From the NCBI GenBank assembly GCA_052055015.1, contig JBQJIT010000045.1: a stretch of DNA of 43,465 nt. One strand, written 5' to 3'. Positions 41,577 through 43,465 of this stretch are shown piece by piece. Made by a program: the position numbers and the translations under genes. Below the pieces are notes generated by a model. That model searched no databases, was not told the DNA's origin, and worked only from the letters and a program-made list of their open reading frames with translations. Positions within the stretch are counted from its first letter, which is position 1. Each line of letters begins with the position of its first letter. The DNA comes from Malassezia furfur (lineage: Eukaryota).

Positions 41577-43465
41577 CTAGCCGCTCCACGTCGCGCCGCC
41601 CACCTGCAGGGCCGGTACGGGGGTGTCGGAGTCGGGGCGCAGCAGTTCGCTGGGTGAGTGGGAGGAGCAACGTACTCGAGCAGGAAGGTGAGGTTCAGCC
41701 CGACGTCGTTCAGGATATGCGCGCTGCTCATCGTGATGTCCTTCGCCTCGTTGACCACCTGTGGGTCCTGGTCGACGCCGTACACCTGCCGCCGGAAGGT
41801 CGCAGCATACGCACGCACCTGGTCGGACGCCCACTGTACAAAGCCTGGGTGAGTTGCGCCACGTACCGGAAGCCATTTTGTAGTCCTTGAACGCGCTCAT
41901 GTACCAGTCGCCCGTATTTTTGATCAACGTAAAGTAGAGCATCGACAGCTCGGAAATGTACAGACTGATGTCGCCCTCGTACTTGATCTGCCGCGTGCGC
42001 CGGCGCAGCAGCTCGGTGCGCGACGCTAGCAGCAGATCGCGCGCCTCGCGGCCCTTGTCGAGGCGGAGCAGGAGCGTCGCATCGCGCACGACCGTCGCCT
42101 TGCGCTGGAACGGCGCAACGAGCTCGGCGCTGATCGCCGCGACCAGCTCACTGGCGCACGCGTTAAAGTTTTCCACGAGCAGGTACAGCGGCCCCTCGGA
42201 CACGGGCCGGTTCGCGAGGCGGTGGCGCCCCTCTTCGACGAGCGCCACAGCCTCGTCCCACTCGCGCAGCGCAATGTGTACCGCCAGGTCGTCGACGGCG
42301 CCGTTCAGCCATGGCGCAAGGCTCGCGTCCGTCTTGGGCTTCTTGTCGGCGTCGCCCGTGAGCGTGTTCGAGGAGAGGTCCATGGAGTCGCTGAGCACGG
42401 CGTCGGCACGCTTGGCGTCTGCGCGCGACTTGCGTTCGCGCTTCATCTTGTTGCCGAGGTCCTCGCCGACGCGCCGGAATGCGTTCAGCAGTGCACGCTT
42501 GTCCTGAGCCTTGTCGGTGCGGTACACATACACCTCCTTGCCGCGCTTGATCTTGAGCGCATTCTTAAGGTCCTTGCTGTCCTTGAGGTCGACCACCACA
42601 ATCTCGGACAGCCCAAAGCACTGCTCGGCGACCAGGTGGACGCGGTTGCCATAGTGGCGCTTCTTTTGCACCGCGATAAGCAGCAGGTCGTCGAGGAGGA
42701 ACAGCGCGACCGCCTGCTTCGGCTTGTATGTCGCCGCGTTCACCTCGACAAACTGGCTCGTCTCGGCGATCAGGTGCCGCCCAGGGACGTATGGCACAAA
42801 CTTTTGCGAGCCCTCGATGTTTTCCCAGAGTGCGGCGATCTGTGCTTTGTAGATCTGCTCGAGGTCCACGCGGCTGCTGCGGTGCCCCTTGACCGAGCCG
42901 AGCACCGCGTTGCTGCCCCACGGCTTCGCCGCATCCCCGGCAGGGTCCTCGATCTGGAGCTGCTGCGGGAGCTGCTTCCACTCTGATAGCAGGTCCTTGA
43001 ACTCGAGCATATCGTTCTCGAGCGTGGCGATCTCCTTGCTGATGGTGATGAACTCGGAATAGTTCTTGAACACCTGCGTCTTGAGCTGCTTCGAGGTGGT
43101 GTTCTGCATACCCGTGAGTGCATCTTGCAGGTTGCGCAGCCCTGCCTCGTTCTGCTGCTGTTGCTGCGCCGAGACAAACGCGCGCGCATCAAACGTGTCC
43201 TGCGCAAACATGCCCGCATCAATCTGGGGCGTGCGCGCAAATGTGTCCCACGACTCGCCCGCTTGCACCTGCGGCGAGGCCGCTGGAAGCGCCGGCACCG
43301 GTGCCGCGCTGGGCTGGGACGCCTGCAGGTACGCGAGCGGCTGCGGCGGCAGTGCCTTTTCCTCGGCCTCCTCGGCCTCCTCCGTGACGCTCGCAATGGG
43401 CGCGAGCATGCTCAGCCCGCCCGAGAAGGTCGGCGCGGTGGGGGCGCCGGACGCGTAGCGCATCG
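41577..43465 (-). CDS. EXO84: Exocyst subunit Exo84 (5'-truncated by the window); introns 41845-41866 (22) and 41650-41675 (26)
   Basis: Vps51-like VFKNYSEFITISKEIATLENDM, PH domain (IEGSQKFVP..PGRH..FLLDDLLLIA), and spliced MAS|GFVQWA..FRRQVY and GLNLTFLL|DELL. Confidence 0.92.
   Translation of the reverse strand, partial: MRYASGAPTAPTFSGGLSMLAPIASVTEEAEEAEEKALPPQPLAYLQASQPSAAPVPALPAASPQVQAGESWDTFARTPQIDAGMFAQDTFDARAFVSAQQQQQNEAGLRNLQDALTGMQNTTSKQLKTQVFKNYSEFITISKEIATLENDMLEFKDLLSEWKQLPQQLQIEDPAGDAAKPWGSNAVLGSVKGHRSSRVDLEQIYKAQIAALWENIEGSQKFVPYVPGRHLIAETSQFVEVNAATYKPKQAVALFLLDDLLLIAVQKKRHYGNRVHLVAEQCFGLSEIVVVDLKDSKDLKNALKIKRGKEVYVYRTDKAQDKRALLNAFRRVGEDLGNKMKRERKSRADAKRADAVLSDSMDLSSNTLTGDADKKPKTDASLAPWLNGAVDDLAVHIALREWDEAVALVEEGRHRLANRPVSEGPLYLLVENFNACASELVAAISAELVAPFQRKATVVRDATLLLRLDKGREARDLLLASRTELLRRRTRQIKYEGDISLYISELSMLYFTLIKNTGDWYMSAFKDYKMASGTWRNSPRLCTVGVRPGACVCCDLPAAGVRRRPGPTGGQRGEGHHDEQRAYPERRRAEPHLPARVRCSSHSPSELLRPDSDTPVPALQVGGATWSG

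Noticed and set aside
3183..41866. Frame breaks interpreted as pseudogenes, programmed frameshifts or sequencing errors
   Set aside because: Every break is bracketed by a GT donor and branch-AG motif whose removal restores conserved protein motifs.

Overview
This is eukaryotic, GC-rich and extremely compact fungal DNA, most consistent with a Malassezia-type basidiomycete yeast (inferred from gene content, near-zero intergenic spacing and tiny introns). I can support 28 protein-coding genes, almost all housekeeping: MYO1 tail, PFA4, PEX19, a SET methyltransferase, a TLC protein, LEU4, TKL1, NDUFAF2, LIN1, CLP1, a WW protein, PP1/GLC7, EMC2, a 6-exon complex I NUUM-type subunit missed by the ORF track, a P-loop/sulfotransferase-like protein, SLX1, SYO1, a NAK kinase, a PILS-like transporter, SRP14, a DUF726/Mil1 protein, a GH18 chitinase, WDR70, SHQ1, IPA1/UBE3D, MRPS28, SYG1 and EXO84. 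I found no mobile elements. The interesting biology is at the RNA level. (1) I inferred 44 GT-AG introns by hand; 42 are only 21-37 nt (mode 22 nt) and have no polypyrimidine tract. (2) The two long introns both carry structure. The 159-nt IPA1 intron, directly downstream of the H/ACA chaperone gene SHQ1, encodes an H/ACA guide RNA whose 5' pocket matches U2 snRNA Psi42 (snR81-like) and whose ACA box overlaps the intron's own branch point. The 116-nt PP1 5'-UTR intron folds into one long hairpin. (3) A stand-alone snR34/SNORA65-like H/ACA snoRNA with a spliced leader sits between MRPS28 and SYG1, followed by an unexplained structured segment. All splice sites, folds and homologies were read by eye; none were computed or searched.
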